64,000 nucleotides of DNA from Thermoprotei archaeon (GCA_017857595.1 JAFMCU010000001.1:10497-74496); one strand, 5' to 3'; positions 29,014 to 39,224 are shown, numbered from the stretch's first letter. Translations and numbers: made by a program. The notes: generated by a model not told the origin, from the sequence alone.

Positions 29014-31668
29014 ATGTTTTACTATTTACTAAAACCTTTCACGAAAGAGGAAAGCTTATCATGCTTAAATAAATATGTTAGAGAATGGTTCGAATCCAAT
29101 TTTAAAGATTTAACTCCACCTCAATATTACTCTTTTAAATTAATTTCAGAAAAAAAGAATCTTTTAATAACAGCACCAACTGGTTCAGGAAAAACTCTTT
29201 CTGGCTTTTTATCTGTTATTTCATATTTGTTTGATTTATCTTTAAAAAATGAATTGAAGGATGAAGTATATTGTATTTATGTTTCGCCATTAAAAGCGTT
29301 GAATAATGATATAAAAAAGAATCTTGAAATACCTTTGCAAGAAATATATAAGAAAATAAAGGAATCCAACAAGGAAGCAAAGGAGATAAGAATTGCCATA
29401 AGGACAGGTGACGTTCCTCCACATGAAAAGCAAAAACAGTTAAGGAATCCACCACAAATCTTGGTCACAACTCCAGAATCGTTGGCGATAATGCTCAATT
29501 CACCAAAGTTTTCAGAAAAGCTAAAAAGTGTTGAGTTTCTAATTATTGATGAAATTCATGAGCTTGCTAACAATAAAAGGGGAGTTCATTTATCTCTTTC
29601 TGTTGAAAGATTAGCTGATATTGCTAACAAAGAATTTGTTAGGATAGGACTTGGAGCAACATTGCATCCATTAGAAGAAGCTGCAAGATTTCTTGTAGGA
29701 TTAAATGAAAAGGGAGAATTCAGAGATTGTTATATTGTAGATGTTTCATGGGAAAAAGGCTACGATCTTAAGGTATTATCTCCTGTCGATGACTTAATTT
29801 ATACTCCTGATGAAAAAATTGAAGAAGAAACATACAAACTTTTAGATAGAATAATCAAGAAGAACAAAACAACTTTAATATTCACAAATACTAGAAGCGG
29901 AACAGAAAGGGTGGTATTCAATCTTAAGAAGAAATTTAAATATACTGATGATGAAATTGCAGCTCATCATGGTTCTCTATCGAGAGAAATAAGGTTAGAA
30001 GTAGAAGATAAATTAAAAAGAGGTGAATTGAAGGCTGTCGTATGTTCAACAAGTCTTGAGTTGGGTATTGATATAGGTTATATAAGCACAGTTGTTCAAT
30101 TAGGTTCCCCTAAATCCATAACTAGAGCAATTCAAAGAATAGGTAGAAGTGGACATAGATTCGGCGATACATCTGTTGGTAGAATAATTGTAATGAATAG
30201 AGACGATCTTGTCGAATGCTCTATCATGCTTTATTATGCTAAGAAAAGAATGCTTGATAGCTTTTCTACACCTAAGAATTGCCTCGATATTCTTGCCCAA
30301 CATGTTGTAGGAATGGCAATAAATAAGAAATGGAATGTAGATGATGCCTTGAAATTAATTAGGAGATCCTATCCTTATATGAATCTATCAAAGGAAACAT
30401 TCATAAAAGTACTTAAATATTTAGCAGGACACTACGTAGAACTAAAAGATAGGAAAGTATATGGAAAAATATGGTATGATGAATCTGATCAAATGTTTGG
30501 AAGAAGAGGTAAATATATTAGAACTATTTATATGTTAAACATTGGTACTATACCCGATGAAGTCGCTATAGATGTATTCCTTTTACCTGAGAAGAAATGG
30601 ATAGGTAATATTGAAGAGGAATTTTTAATGCGTCTTAAGAAGGGCGATGTATTTGTTTTGGGAGGAAAGACCTATAAATTTAGTCATTCAAAGAATATGA
30701 GATGTTATGTTGAAAGAGTTGAAAATCTAGCGCCAACGATACCTCCTTGGTTCTCTGAAATGCTGCCCTTGAACTTTGACCTTGCAATGAGGATAGGAGA
30801 ATTTAGGAGAAAAGTTTGTGATAGAATAAAAAATAATCAGGAGTTTTTTGATATTATTGATAAACTTCCTGCAGATTCAAAATCAAAAAAGGCCATGTAT
30901 AAATATTTAATAGAGCAATACCTATATGCTGGAGTAATACCGAACGATAAACTTATTTTAATAGAAAAAACTCAAGACTTTGAAGGGAGAAAACTTCTTA
31001 TATTTCATACTTTGGTAGGAAGAAGGACTAATGATGCATTATCAAGAATTTTTGCTATTATAATAGCTAAAAGATTTGAAACAGATGTTGGAACTATAAT
31101 AAGTGATAACGGGTTTGCACTCTTAATTCCTAAAGAAATATTCAATTTAATAAATGAAAAAGAAATATCGGATATTATTAATCAAGCATGTAATGAGAAT
31201 GTGGAAAATCTTTTGAAAGAACATTTAAGATATACTGAAATAATGAAGAGAAAATTTAGACATAATTCTACAAGAAGTTTTCTTGTACTGAGAAATTACA
31301 AAGGCTATAAAATAAGTGTAAATAAACAACAGCTTAACTCACAAACTATTCTAGAAGCAATTGAAAAAATAGATCCTGAATTCCCCATTATTGAAGAAAC
31401 TTTAAGAGAAATAATGGAAGATATAATGGATGTACCAAAAGCCAAAGAAATATTGAGGCGCATAAAATCAAAAGATATAGAATATTTGGTCAAAGAATTT
31501 CCAATACCTACTCCTTTCTCCCATGTAATGATAACTTTCGGCGAAGCAGATATAGTACTAATGAAAGATAGAAGGAAAAAACTCAAAGAATTGCATGAAG
31601 CAATTTTGAAGAAATTGAATTTAAGCGATGAAGAATTGTTAAAATCTATTAACATTGCGACAAAATAG
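29014..31668 (+). CDS. lhr: Lhr-family DEAD/DEAH-box helicase
   Basis: 884 aa. Motif I APTGSGKT, motif II IIDEIHE and motif VI QRIGRSGHR, with the long Lhr-type C-terminal (WH/DUF1998-like) region. Confidence 0.9.
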   Translation: MFYYLLKPFTKEESLSCLNKYVREWFESNFKDLTPPQYYSFKLISEKKNLLITAPTGSGKTLSGFLSVISYLFDLSLKNELKDEVYCIYVSPLKALNNDIKKNLEIPLQEIYKKIKESNKEAKEIRIAIRTGDVPPHEKQKQLRNPPQILVTTPESLAIMLNSPKFSEKLKSVEFLIIDEIHELANNKRGVHLSLSVERLADIANKEFVRIGLGATLHPLEEAARFLVGLNEKGEFRDCYIVDVSWEKGYDLKVLSPVDDLIYTPDEKIEEETYKLLDRIIKKNKTTLIFTNTRSGTERVVFNLKKKFKYTDDEIAAHHGSLSREIRLEVEDKLKRGELKAVVCSTSLELGIDIGYISTVVQLGSPKSITRAIQRIGRSGHRFGDTSVGRIIVMNRDDLVECSIMLYYAKKRMLDSFSTPKNCLDILAQHVVGMAINKKWNVDDALKLIRRSYPYMNLSKETFIKVLKYLAGHYVELKDRKVYGKIWYDESDQMFGRRGKYIRTIYMLNIGTIPDEVAIDVFLLPEKKWIGNIEEEFLMRLKKGDVFVLGGKTYKFSHSKNMRCYVERVENLAPTIPPWFSEMLPLNFDLAMRIGEFRRKVCDRIKNNQEFFDIIDKLPADSKSKKAMYKYLIEQYLYAGVIPNDKLILIEKTQDFEGRKLLIFHTLVGRRTNDALSRIFAIIIAKRFETDVGTIISDNGFALLIPKEIFNLINEKEISDIINQACNENVENLLKEHLRYTEIMKRKFRHNSTRSFLVLRNYKGYKISVNKQQLNSQTILEAIEKIDPEFPIIEETLREIMEDIMDVPKAKEILRRIKSKDIEYLVKEFPIPTPFSHVMITFGEADIVLMKDRRKKLKELHEAILKKLNLSDEELLKSINIATK

Positions 31669-32452
31669 CTTTTTTAAGAAATTAAATGATGAAACATTGA
31701 TAATCGATGATGATATATACATAATTAAAGATTATCATTTAATTTTTGTTAAATCGATTCAATCGATAATATTATCTGATCTTCATCTTGGATATGAGAA
31801 TGTAGCTGCAAAAAATGGAGTATTTTTACCTAAATTGAATTTAAATCATATAATTGAACAAATTGATAATTTCGTACTAAAGATTGGAAAGAATAATATT
31901 AATAACATCATCGTGTTGGGCGATATTAAAAATGAATTTGATGAAGTAGACCAAGCTGAAATAGATGAGCTATTCTCTTTCGTTCATCATATTAGAACAA
32001 CTCTATTTGATAAAGATGTAAATATACTTTTGGTTAAAGGAAATCATGATAATTATGTTGATGGTTATGCATTATCTTTAAATGTTAAAGTTTTCAGACA
32101 AGAGCTATTATTGGGAAAGTACTTATTATTTCATGGAGAAGATATTCCAAATCAAAAATTGTATGATGCTTGCGATTTCTTAATAATGGCACATGAACAT
32201 CCTGCTATCGTTCTTTTTACAGAAATTGGTGAAAGAGTAAAGACAAAATGTTTCTTATTTGGAAATTTTGATAAAAAAATACTTATTCTTCCAGCTATCT
32301 CTTATTATGCGCAGGGCACAGATATCAATTTGTTACCGAAAGAAGAATTGTTATCGCCTTTTTTGAAAACGATCGATATAGATGAATTGATACCAATTAT
32401 TGTTGATAGCGATTTATTTATATTTCCAAAGATTAAGTATTTAAGATATTAA
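31655..32452 (+). CDS. metallophosphoesterase (Lhr/ligase-associated MPE type)
   Basis: 265 aa. SDLHLG, GDIKNEFD, GNHDNY, HGED and AHEHP motifs. TTG start overlaps the lhr end by 14 nt. Confidence 0.75.
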   Translation: MRQNSFFKKLNDETLIIDDDIYIIKDYHLIFVKSIQSIILSDLHLGYENVAAKNGVFLPKLNLNHIIEQIDNFVLKIGKNNINNIIVLGDIKNEFDEVDQAEIDELFSFVHHIRTTLFDKDVNILLVKGNHDNYVDGYALSLNVKVFRQELLLGKYLLFHGEDIPNQKLYDACDFLIMAHEHPAIVLFTEIGERVKTKCFLFGNFDKKILILPAISYYAQGTDINLLPKEELLSPFLKTIDIDELIPIIVDSDLFIFPKIKYLRY

Positions 32453-32958
32453 TTTTCTATTGGAATAATTTCATATGTCAAATAATTTTCTGGTTCTCGA
32501 TTGACAATCTCAATCCTTCCTTTCATACCTACTTTTAGTTTATTAACATTTTTTTCAGATATCCAAGCTAATACATTTATTCCCTCTTTAAGTCTTATAA
32601 TTCCAATTGTATAGTCAGCATAATGTGAGAAAGAAGTTGGCTTTACATATATTTTAGTAAAAGTAACTATTTCACCTTCTTTACTTAATTCTACCCATTT
32701 CATATTGTTTGATAAACATTTTGAACAGAATGATTGAGGAGGAAAGTATAGTTCATTGCACTTTTCACATTTAGTCGCTAAAAGCTTATTTTCTGCTAAT
32801 CCTTCAAAGAATCTTTTGATTTTTTCTACGCTAAGCATATATTTTAACTTAAGTTCTCTATTTGATTCCCATAAGTATGCATTCCTCTTTTGGTCTATAA
32901 TTATAGGTAAGCTTTTTCTTTTTTTTTCTACAACTGTGAGTGTTGTCTCGTTGCTCAT
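32449..32958 (-). CDS. DUF35 Zn-ribbon/OB-fold protein (thiolase-associated)
   Basis: 169 aa. CEKCNELYFPPQSFCSKC zinc ribbon followed by an OB-fold region. Sits 1 nt after the thiolase gene. Confidence 0.8.
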   Translation of the reverse strand: MSNETTLTVVEKKRKSLPIIIDQKRNAYLWESNRELKLKYMLSVEKIKRFFEGLAENKLLATKCEKCNELYFPPQSFCSKCLSNNMKWVELSKEGEIVTFTKIYVKPTSFSHYADYTIGIIRLKEGINVLAWISEKNVNKLKVGMKGRIEIVNREPENYLTYEIIPIEN

Positions 32959-32959
32959 C

Positions 32960-34141
32960 TTAGTTTAAAGATAAAATTGTTACATATGCGTAATGTCCTG
33001 TTCCACCTACATTGTGTGCAAGAGCAATGCCATTTTTAATATCAGCTTGCCTTTGTTTTTCAGCCTTATACTTAAGTTGTTTCGTCAATTCAACCATCAT
33101 TGATACACCAGTAGCACCTATAGGATGGCCTTTAGCTTTAAGGCCTCCACTTAAATTAACTGGGATTTTTCCTCCAATGTAGGTTTGTTTATCTTTCAAC
33201 GCTTTAATACCTTCACCTCTAGGGAATAAACCTAAATCTTCATACGCCAAAATTTCTGCAATAGTAAAACAGTCATGCACTTCTGCTACGTCTATTTTTT
33301 TGGTAATTTCATCTTTATTCAAATTTGCTTTTTTATAAGCTATTTCTGCGGCTTCGACTGTACTTCTTAAACTTAGGAAATTGCTTCTTTTGCTTAAGTT
33401 TGATGTATCAGTTGAGTAACCTATAGATTTAATCCATACAGGTTCTTTTATTCCATTTTTTCTAATATAATCTTCACTGGCAACAATAATGCTAGCTGAA
33501 CCATCTGTTATTGGTGAAGAATCAAGAAGCTTTAAAGGCCATGCAACATATTTTGAATTCATGCAATCTTCAATTGTTACTTCTTTTTGAAAATGCGCAT
33601 TAGGATTTCTAGCTCCATAATAGTGATTTTTTACGGCTACTTTACAAAGATCTTCTTCTTTTGCTTGATATTCATTCATATATGCTGTAGCGTATAATGC
33701 ATAATAACCTGGGAATGTTAAACCAAAGTTTTCAAATTCCCAAAAATAGTTTCCTGCACGGCCTATAAGCTCTACTACATTAGGCGTTTGAGACTCATTC
33801 ATCTTTTCAATGCCTAAAACTAAAACTACATCTGCATTTCCACTTTTAACCATTTCATAAGCTGTTTTAACGCCAGCACTACCAGATGCACAAGCTGCTT
33901 CAACTCTTAAAGATCCTTTTCCTACAAGATTTAAACTTTCTCCCAAAGTTATAGCAGGTAATTCTTCACTGCTCCATATACCAACGTTAGAAACAACATA
34001 ATATTCTATATCTTTAGCTTCAATTCCTGAATCATCCAGTGCCTGTTTAAAGCTTTCAAAAGCTAGCTCGCTAAAGTTTACATCGTTTCTTATTCCAAAC
34101 CTTGAACTTCCAACTCCTATTATTCCAACTTTTCTATCCAC
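32960..34141 (-). CDS. thiolase-family protein (archaeal acetyl-CoA acetyltransferase / SCP2-type thiolase)
   Basis: 393 aa. EAACASGSAG active-site Cys, GHPIGATG and NVGGTG. Confidence 0.85.
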   Translation of the reverse strand: MDRKVGIIGVGSSRFGIRNDVNFSELAFESFKQALDDSGIEAKDIEYYVVSNVGIWSSEELPAITLGESLNLVGKGSLRVEAACASGSAGVKTAYEMVKSGNADVVLVLGIEKMNESQTPNVVELIGRAGNYFWEFENFGLTFPGYYALYATAYMNEYQAKEEDLCKVAVKNHYYGARNPNAHFQKEVTIEDCMNSKYVAWPLKLLDSSPITDGSASIIVASEDYIRKNGIKEPVWIKSIGYSTDTSNLSKRSNFLSLRSTVEAAEIAYKKANLNKDEITKKIDVAEVHDCFTIAEILAYEDLGLFPRGEGIKALKDKQTYIGGKIPVNLSGGLKAKGHPIGATGVSMMVELTKQLKYKAEKQRQADIKNGIALAHNVGGTGHYAYVTILSLN

Positions 34142-34179
34142 AATAATTTAATTAATGCTTATTGTTAATAAAATAGAAT

Positions 34180-34602
34180 TTAAGCCTTCCCGTTTTCAAT
34201 TATTTCTCTTCCATGTGGACATTTACTTGGCATTCCTAATCTGTTTCTTATAAGATTGGCTATTTTCTCATCAAGAATATAATCAAAGTTGCTAATTTTT
34301 TCACATGCCTCTTCCAAATCTAATCCACATTCTACTAAGAAATTTTCAAAAACACGATGAACGTATACAATATTTCTATACATAACTCTGCCTTCATTAG
34401 TAAGTAAAATCATACCCTTACTTCTCTTTACAAGACCTTTTTTCTCCAGCCTACTCACTAGTTCTAGAGCAGTAGGTGGTTTCACATTTAGCGCTTTAGA
34501 TAATTCTGAAAGCTTTACAGGAAATTCATTTGTAGAAATTCTTTTAAGAATAATAATACAATCTCTCTCTTTTTTTGTAAGAGTAATATTAGACTTATCC
34601 AC
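34180..34602 (-). CDS. DtxR/MntR-family metal-dependent transcriptional regulator
   Basis: 140 aa. wHTH LSELSKALNVKPPTALELVSRLEKKGLV followed by a metal-binding/dimerisation helix region. Confidence 0.8.
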   Translation of the reverse strand: MDKSNITLTKKERDCIIILKRISTNEFPVKLSELSKALNVKPPTALELVSRLEKKGLVKRSKGMILLTNEGRVMYRNIVYVHRVFENFLVECGLDLEEACEKISNFDYILDEKIANLIRNRLGMPSKCPHGREIIENGKA

Positions 34603-34675
34603 AATAATTTAGTATTAATCTAATTATATAAATTATAAGTGCTATATAACGTTTAAATCAAAAAATAAATATAGT

Positions 34676-34888
34676 TTGTTGTTAGTAGATTTTATGTCAG
34701 TTACAAAGACCAATAGTACAAAGGTGGTAATTAAGGCATCTAAAAACGGTCCTAACTTAGTAATCGTTGATGGCACAATGAAATTTGCTCTTTGTAGATG
34801 CGGACATTCCAACAATAAACCATTCTGTGACGGATCTCATAGGAGAGTCAATTTTAACGCAGAAGAAAAGGAAATTGTTGTAATCTAA
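34676..34888 (+). CDS. CDGSH-type iron-sulfur domain protein
   Basis: CRCGHSNNKPFCDGSH is the CDGSH 2Fe-2S signature. The track start is TTG; an ATG at 34694 (MSVTK) is likely the real start. Confidence 0.8.
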   Translation: MLLVDFMSVTKTNSTKVVIKASKNGPNLVIVDGTMKFALCRCGHSNNKPFCDGSHRRVNFNAEEKEIVVI

Positions 34889-34926
34889 TTTTTAATAAAT
34901 AATCGATAAATTATTTTTTTATTAAA

Positions 34927-35811
34927 ATGAAATTTGGAGTTTGCCTACCAAATTATGGCGAAGAATTATCTGTTGAAGGTTTAAAAAAGATTGCAATTGA
35001 AGCTGAAAATCTAGGTTTTACATCTATTTGGACAACAGATCATATTTTAATGTCCAAGAATAGTGGAACACCTTATGAGAATATGTATGAAAGTATAATA
35101 ACCTTAGCTTATGTAGCACATTTTACGAAATATATTAAGCTTGGTATATCATCTCTCGTAATGGCAATGCGTAATCCTATAATAGTAGCAAAGCAACTTG
35201 CTACGCTGGACAATTTTTCCAACGGGCGAGTTATTCTCGCTACAGGTGCAGGTTGGTATCAAAAAGAATTTGAGAACCTAGGTGCAGATTTTGAGAATAG
35301 AGGAAAATTTTTGAACGAAGCTATAAAATTAATAAGATTATTATGGGAAAGCGAACAAGCTATAAATTTTAAAGGTAAATATTTTAAAGCGAACATAGTT
35401 GATGGTGTATTTTCTCCTAAACCTATTCAAAAAAGATTACCGATTTGGATAGCAGGAAACAGTTTAAGCGCAATAAAAAGAGCTTCAAAGCTTGGTGATG
35501 CATGGCATCCAAATATATTACCGTTGGATAAATTCAAAGGATTAATAGATAAATATTATGGGCTAGGTGGACATTACATAGCAGCGAGGATAGCAGCAAA
35601 TATTAAAGCAAAGAATTCAGAATATGTAAGTCCTTTAGGTGAGAGAAGAGTAATCCTCTCAAGTAATACCAAAGAAAATTTAAAAGTGATTGAAGCATTG
35701 GAGGCTATGGGAGTGCAAGAGTTGATAGTTGCAACAAATTTTGACGGAAAGCAATCTGTAGAAAACCAGTTATATACATTGAAATATATTTCTAGTTCTT
35801 TTATTAAATAA
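34927..35811 (+). CDS. LLM-class flavin/F420-dependent oxidoreductase
   Basis: 294 aa. WTTDHI ... VAKQLATLDNFSNGRVILATGAGW is the LLM pattern. Confidence 0.75.
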   Translation: MKFGVCLPNYGEELSVEGLKKIAIEAENLGFTSIWTTDHILMSKNSGTPYENMYESIITLAYVAHFTKYIKLGISSLVMAMRNPIIVAKQLATLDNFSNGRVILATGAGWYQKEFENLGADFENRGKFLNEAIKLIRLLWESEQAINFKGKYFKANIVDGVFSPKPIQKRLPIWIAGNSLSAIKRASKLGDAWHPNILPLDKFKGLIDKYYGLGGHYIAARIAANIKAKNSEYVSPLGERRVILSSNTKENLKVIEALEAMGVQELIVATNFDGKQSVENQLYTLKYISSSFIK

Positions 35812-35967
35812 TTAATTTTCTAAAAAATAAAGATTACTTTAATTAAATACAATATCTAATTCATATTAGTATATTAAAAATATATTTTTATACCTTCAAA
35901 GGATATTTATAAAAATAAATCTAATTATGCGTAATTTTTTAAGAGAAGAGTTTATTCACATATAATT

Positions 35968-35997
35968 AAAAGCTCGCCTTTTAAGGAGTCCGAATCT
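35968..35997. repeat. GC-rich hairpin motif, copy 2 (AAAAGCTCGCCTTTTAAGGAGTCCGAATCT)
   Basis: Aligns with 17247-17279, sharing AAAGC, TCGCC, TTTAAGG and GAATCT. Lies 34-63 nt beyond the 3' end of the minus-strand MFS gene at 36031. Confidence 0.35.
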
Positions 35998-36030
35998 TAT
36001 TTATTTTGTAAAAGACATGATACTTTAAAA

Positions 36031-37476
36031 TTAAGTTTGTCTGAAGAATGATAGAATTGAGGAGATTAGCATTATTATTGCTGAAGAAATGAAAGCATAA
36101 TGCAAACCATTTAAAAATTCAAAGCTAATATTTTTGGGCAGTTGCAAATTTGTTCCTGCGAATATTGCAAGTGCAACATCTCTAGGTATCGAAAGAGATG
36201 CTACAGTTAATGATATAGCAAAGCTTAAAACCATACCAACATTATTCAAAGTTCTATAGACTCCTGAAGCTACTCCATACCTGCCTGGGGGGGCATTCAC
36301 CATTACTGCTCTTATATTGGCAGGGAAGAATAAAGCTGAACCTGCTCCCGATAGAAGAGTAATAAGTGAAATAATGAAGTAAGGAGTATCAAAATTTAAC
36401 AATGTAGCATAGAGAACATATGTTAAGAATAGAAGGAACAATCCTATGGTCGCTGGTATTCTCGACCCTATTCTGTCAGACAATCTTCCCATCAATGGCC
36501 CCATCACCCCTCCTAGAAGATAACCTGGTAAAAGAATTAAACTTGAATAATAGGCGTTCAACTGTCTAATTCCTTGAAGATATAGTATAAGGAGAAATAA
36601 TACTGAGAAAGACGCTGTAAATTGCAGCATTCCTGTTAGTATTGAAAATGAGAAAGTTCTGTTTTTAAAAATTGACAAATCTAAAAGTGGTTCTTTTTCT
36701 CTTTTTTCCCATAGAATGAAAAGGAAAGATATTAAAATACTAATTATAAATAATGCTAAAGTTAGCAAGTTTAAACCAATTTCTGTTATCAATACTGATG
36801 CGAAGGAAATTATCAATAACGCTAATCCTAAAAGAATAGAACCTATGTAATCAATTCTTTCAGAAAGACCTCGATGCTTATCTTTCATCTTTATTAATCC
36901 AATAGGTCCTATAATGAAGCCAATTGGTACATTAATTAAAAATATCCATCTCCAATCGATATCGATTAAAAAGCCTCCTAAGACAATACCTAATACAGCA
37001 CCTACCATCCAACCAAGATTTGTGAATCCAAAAGCTTTACCTCTTTCTTTTACTTCGAAATAATCACTTACCACTGCACCGCTGTTTGCTGCAATGAATG
37101 CACCTCCTATTCCTTGAACAGCTCTGAATGCGATAAGGAGATATATACTATTTGCAAACCCACAAAATAAAGATCCAATAGTAAATATTAAGAATCCAAA
37201 ATTATACATCTTAGATCTTCCAAACATATCACCTAATTTTCCTACATGTGTAGAAACGATCGTTATCATGAAAGCGTATATTAAAATTATCCACACACTT
37301 AGCGCGGGAAAAGTATTAAGACTTGCATCTATTGTTGGTAATGCTAGAACAACTATCGTCGAATCTACAGCGCTCATTAAAACACCTATTGCTACTATTA
37401 TCAAAACAAGATTTTTCAAGTTCAATCTAAAATTATTTAAAGTAACAATTTTGCTTAGATTCATCGGTTTAATCAT
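36031..37476 (-). CDS. MFS transporter, DHA2/EmrB-like (14 TM)
   Basis: 481 aa. DSTIVVLALP N-terminal motif, GKLGDMFGRSK motif A, about 14 helices. Confidence 0.85.
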   Translation of the reverse strand: MIKPMNLSKIVTLNNFRLNLKNLVLIIVAIGVLMSAVDSTIVVLALPTIDASLNTFPALSVWIILIYAFMITIVSTHVGKLGDMFGRSKMYNFGFLIFTIGSLFCGFANSIYLLIAFRAVQGIGGAFIAANSGAVVSDYFEVKERGKAFGFTNLGWMVGAVLGIVLGGFLIDIDWRWIFLINVPIGFIIGPIGLIKMKDKHRGLSERIDYIGSILLGLALLIISFASVLITEIGLNLLTLALFIISILISFLFILWEKREKEPLLDLSIFKNRTFSFSILTGMLQFTASFSVLFLLILYLQGIRQLNAYYSSLILLPGYLLGGVMGPLMGRLSDRIGSRIPATIGLFLLFLTYVLYATLLNFDTPYFIISLITLLSGAGSALFFPANIRAVMVNAPPGRYGVASGVYRTLNNVGMVLSFAISLTVASLSIPRDVALAIFAGTNLQLPKNISFEFLNGLHYAFISSAIIMLISSILSFFRQT

Positions 37477-37542
37477 TGAATTTCATCATTAATATAACCT
37501 TTTGTTTAATATTTAATTCAAAAAATCTATTAAATATTTAAT

Positions 37543-38397
37543 TTGAGATATAATTACATGTATTTTGTCTGTCTAACTTTTGATTTTGACGCGTATTCTC
37601 CTTGGATCTATAGGAAAATGCATGATTATAGCAATCTTTCTAGGGGAGAATTTGCTGACGTTGGGGTTAAAAGAATAATCGATTTACTTAAAAAAGAAAG
37701 CATACCTGCGACATTTTTTATTCCAGGACATACCGCTGAACATTTTCAAGAAACAGTTTCACTGATAATAGATGAAGGTCATGAAATCGCAAATCATGGA
37801 TATATGCATGAGCCTCCCAATGAATTAAAAAGCAGAGAAGAAGAATTTATCATAATAAAAAAAGGGATTGAGACAATCCAAAGATTATTCAATGTTAGAA
37901 CAGTAGGATATAGGTCTCCTTCTTGGAATCTCTCAAAAAATACAATAGAAATATTAGAAAATCTAGGTTTCATTTATGATTCAAGTTTAATGTCAAATGA
38001 TTATTTGCCTTATAGACCACCAAAATATATCATAATAGATAATGAAGGAAGGGTAAACAAAGGTCCTAAATCTAATATTATTGAATTACCTGTTTCTTGG
38101 AGTCTAGATGATTATCCGCATTTTGAATATGTTCGTTATCCTAATTTCATTCAACAAGGTCTTAGATCTGTAAGCGAAGTCTTTGAAAATTGGTCTCTTG
38201 ATTTTGAATATCTTGTTCGAAATTTGAAAGAAGGAATTTTTGTAATTACGATGCATCCTGAAGTTATAGGTCGAGGTCATAGAATGATACTTCTTCAGAA
38301 ATTAATCAACTTTATAAAGTTTCATGAAAAAAGAAAAGAGACTGAATTTTCCAGTATGATAGATGTTGTGAATCATTATAGGGATAAGCTATTATGA
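37543..38397 (+). CDS. polysaccharide deacetylase (CE4) family protein
   Basis: 284 aa. TFDFD, IPATFFIPG and HEIANHGYMH motifs. An ATG at 37558 is the probable start. Confidence 0.75.
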   Translation: MRYNYMYFVCLTFDFDAYSPWIYRKMHDYSNLSRGEFADVGVKRIIDLLKKESIPATFFIPGHTAEHFQETVSLIIDEGHEIANHGYMHEPPNELKSREEEFIIIKKGIETIQRLFNVRTVGYRSPSWNLSKNTIEILENLGFIYDSSLMSNDYLPYRPPKYIIIDNEGRVNKGPKSNIIELPVSWSLDDYPHFEYVRYPNFIQQGLRSVSEVFENWSLDFEYLVRNLKEGIFVITMHPEVIGRGHRMILLQKLINFIKFHEKRKETEFSSMIDVVNHYRDKLL

Positions 38398-39224
38398 AAT
38401 TCAAAGTTATAGATGCCCACGTTCATTTAGGACTACACAAAATGCCAGATCATTGTAAGGAGTTTATACGTAGAATAGGTTTTTTAAATTCATTGAATTT
38501 AAGACCTGAAGATTTTAAATTAAGCAATGATTATTTGATGATAGATAAGATAATACTTGTACCTTCGTATCCTTGTGGAAATAATTTGGCTACTGATGGT
38601 TTCTACGAGCAATATGAATGGAGAAAAAATCATGATGTTTTTCTTCAATATGGAACAATAAATCCTTTAGCTGATGTAAAAGTAAGAGAAGAACTTAACA
38701 AACAATATTCAATGGGAATTGTTGGAATAAAGCTTCATCCAGTACACCATGGATATAAGCCAAATGATTATAGAAAAGAAGAAAAAAATTTACTAAATCT
38801 TCAAGAAGTTTATCAATTCGCTGAAGATTATAAGTTACCCGTGACAATACATACAGGAACGAGTTTAACTTCATTTTCAAGAAACAAGTATGGAAATCCT
38901 ATTTATTGCGATGATGTAATAAAAGATTTTAATGTAAATATAATTTTAGCACATGCAGGAAGGCCTTTATGGAGTAACGAAGCCTTTTTCTTGGCAAGAA
39001 GTTATGAAAATGTTTACATAGAAATTTCTTCCATTCCTCCAAAAAGATTGAAAGAATATTTACCAAGATTAGACGAGATAAAGAATAAAGTTATATATGG
39101 AAGCGATTTTCCCAATTTCTCAGGTCATGATCTAATCGGGAATGCGATAGATGTAATAAATTTGATTGGATATGATCAAGGCATAATGATGAACAATATT
39201 TTAAAATTGATAAATTACAAATAG
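38394..39224 (+). CDS. amidohydrolase-2 family metal-dependent hydrolase (TIM barrel)
   Basis: 276 aa. IDAHVHLG N-terminal His pair, IKLHP, ILAHAG and GSDFP. Overlaps the deacetylase stop by 4 nt (ATGA). Confidence 0.7.
   Translation: MKFKVIDAHVHLGLHKMPDHCKEFIRRIGFLNSLNLRPEDFKLSNDYLMIDKIILVPSYPCGNNLATDGFYEQYEWRKNHDVFLQYGTINPLADVKVREELNKQYSMGIVGIKLHPVHHGYKPNDYRKEEKNLLNLQEVYQFAEDYKLPVTIHTGTSLTSFSRNKYGNPIYCDDVIKDFNVNIILAHAGRPLWSNEAFFLARSYENVYIEISSIPPKRLKEYLPRLDEIKNKVIYGSDFPNFSGHDLIGNAIDVINLIGYDQGIMMNNILKLINYK

Noticed and set aside
31305-31655. 116-aa minus-strand ORF at the end of lhr. Similar antisense ORFs occur at 48209-48544 (in lysA), 40321-40605, 43237-43506, 51931-52209, 2161-2379 and 3299-3523.
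   Set aside because: All are fully contained antisense within strongly supported genes, and none has a recognisable motif. I treated them as non-coding.
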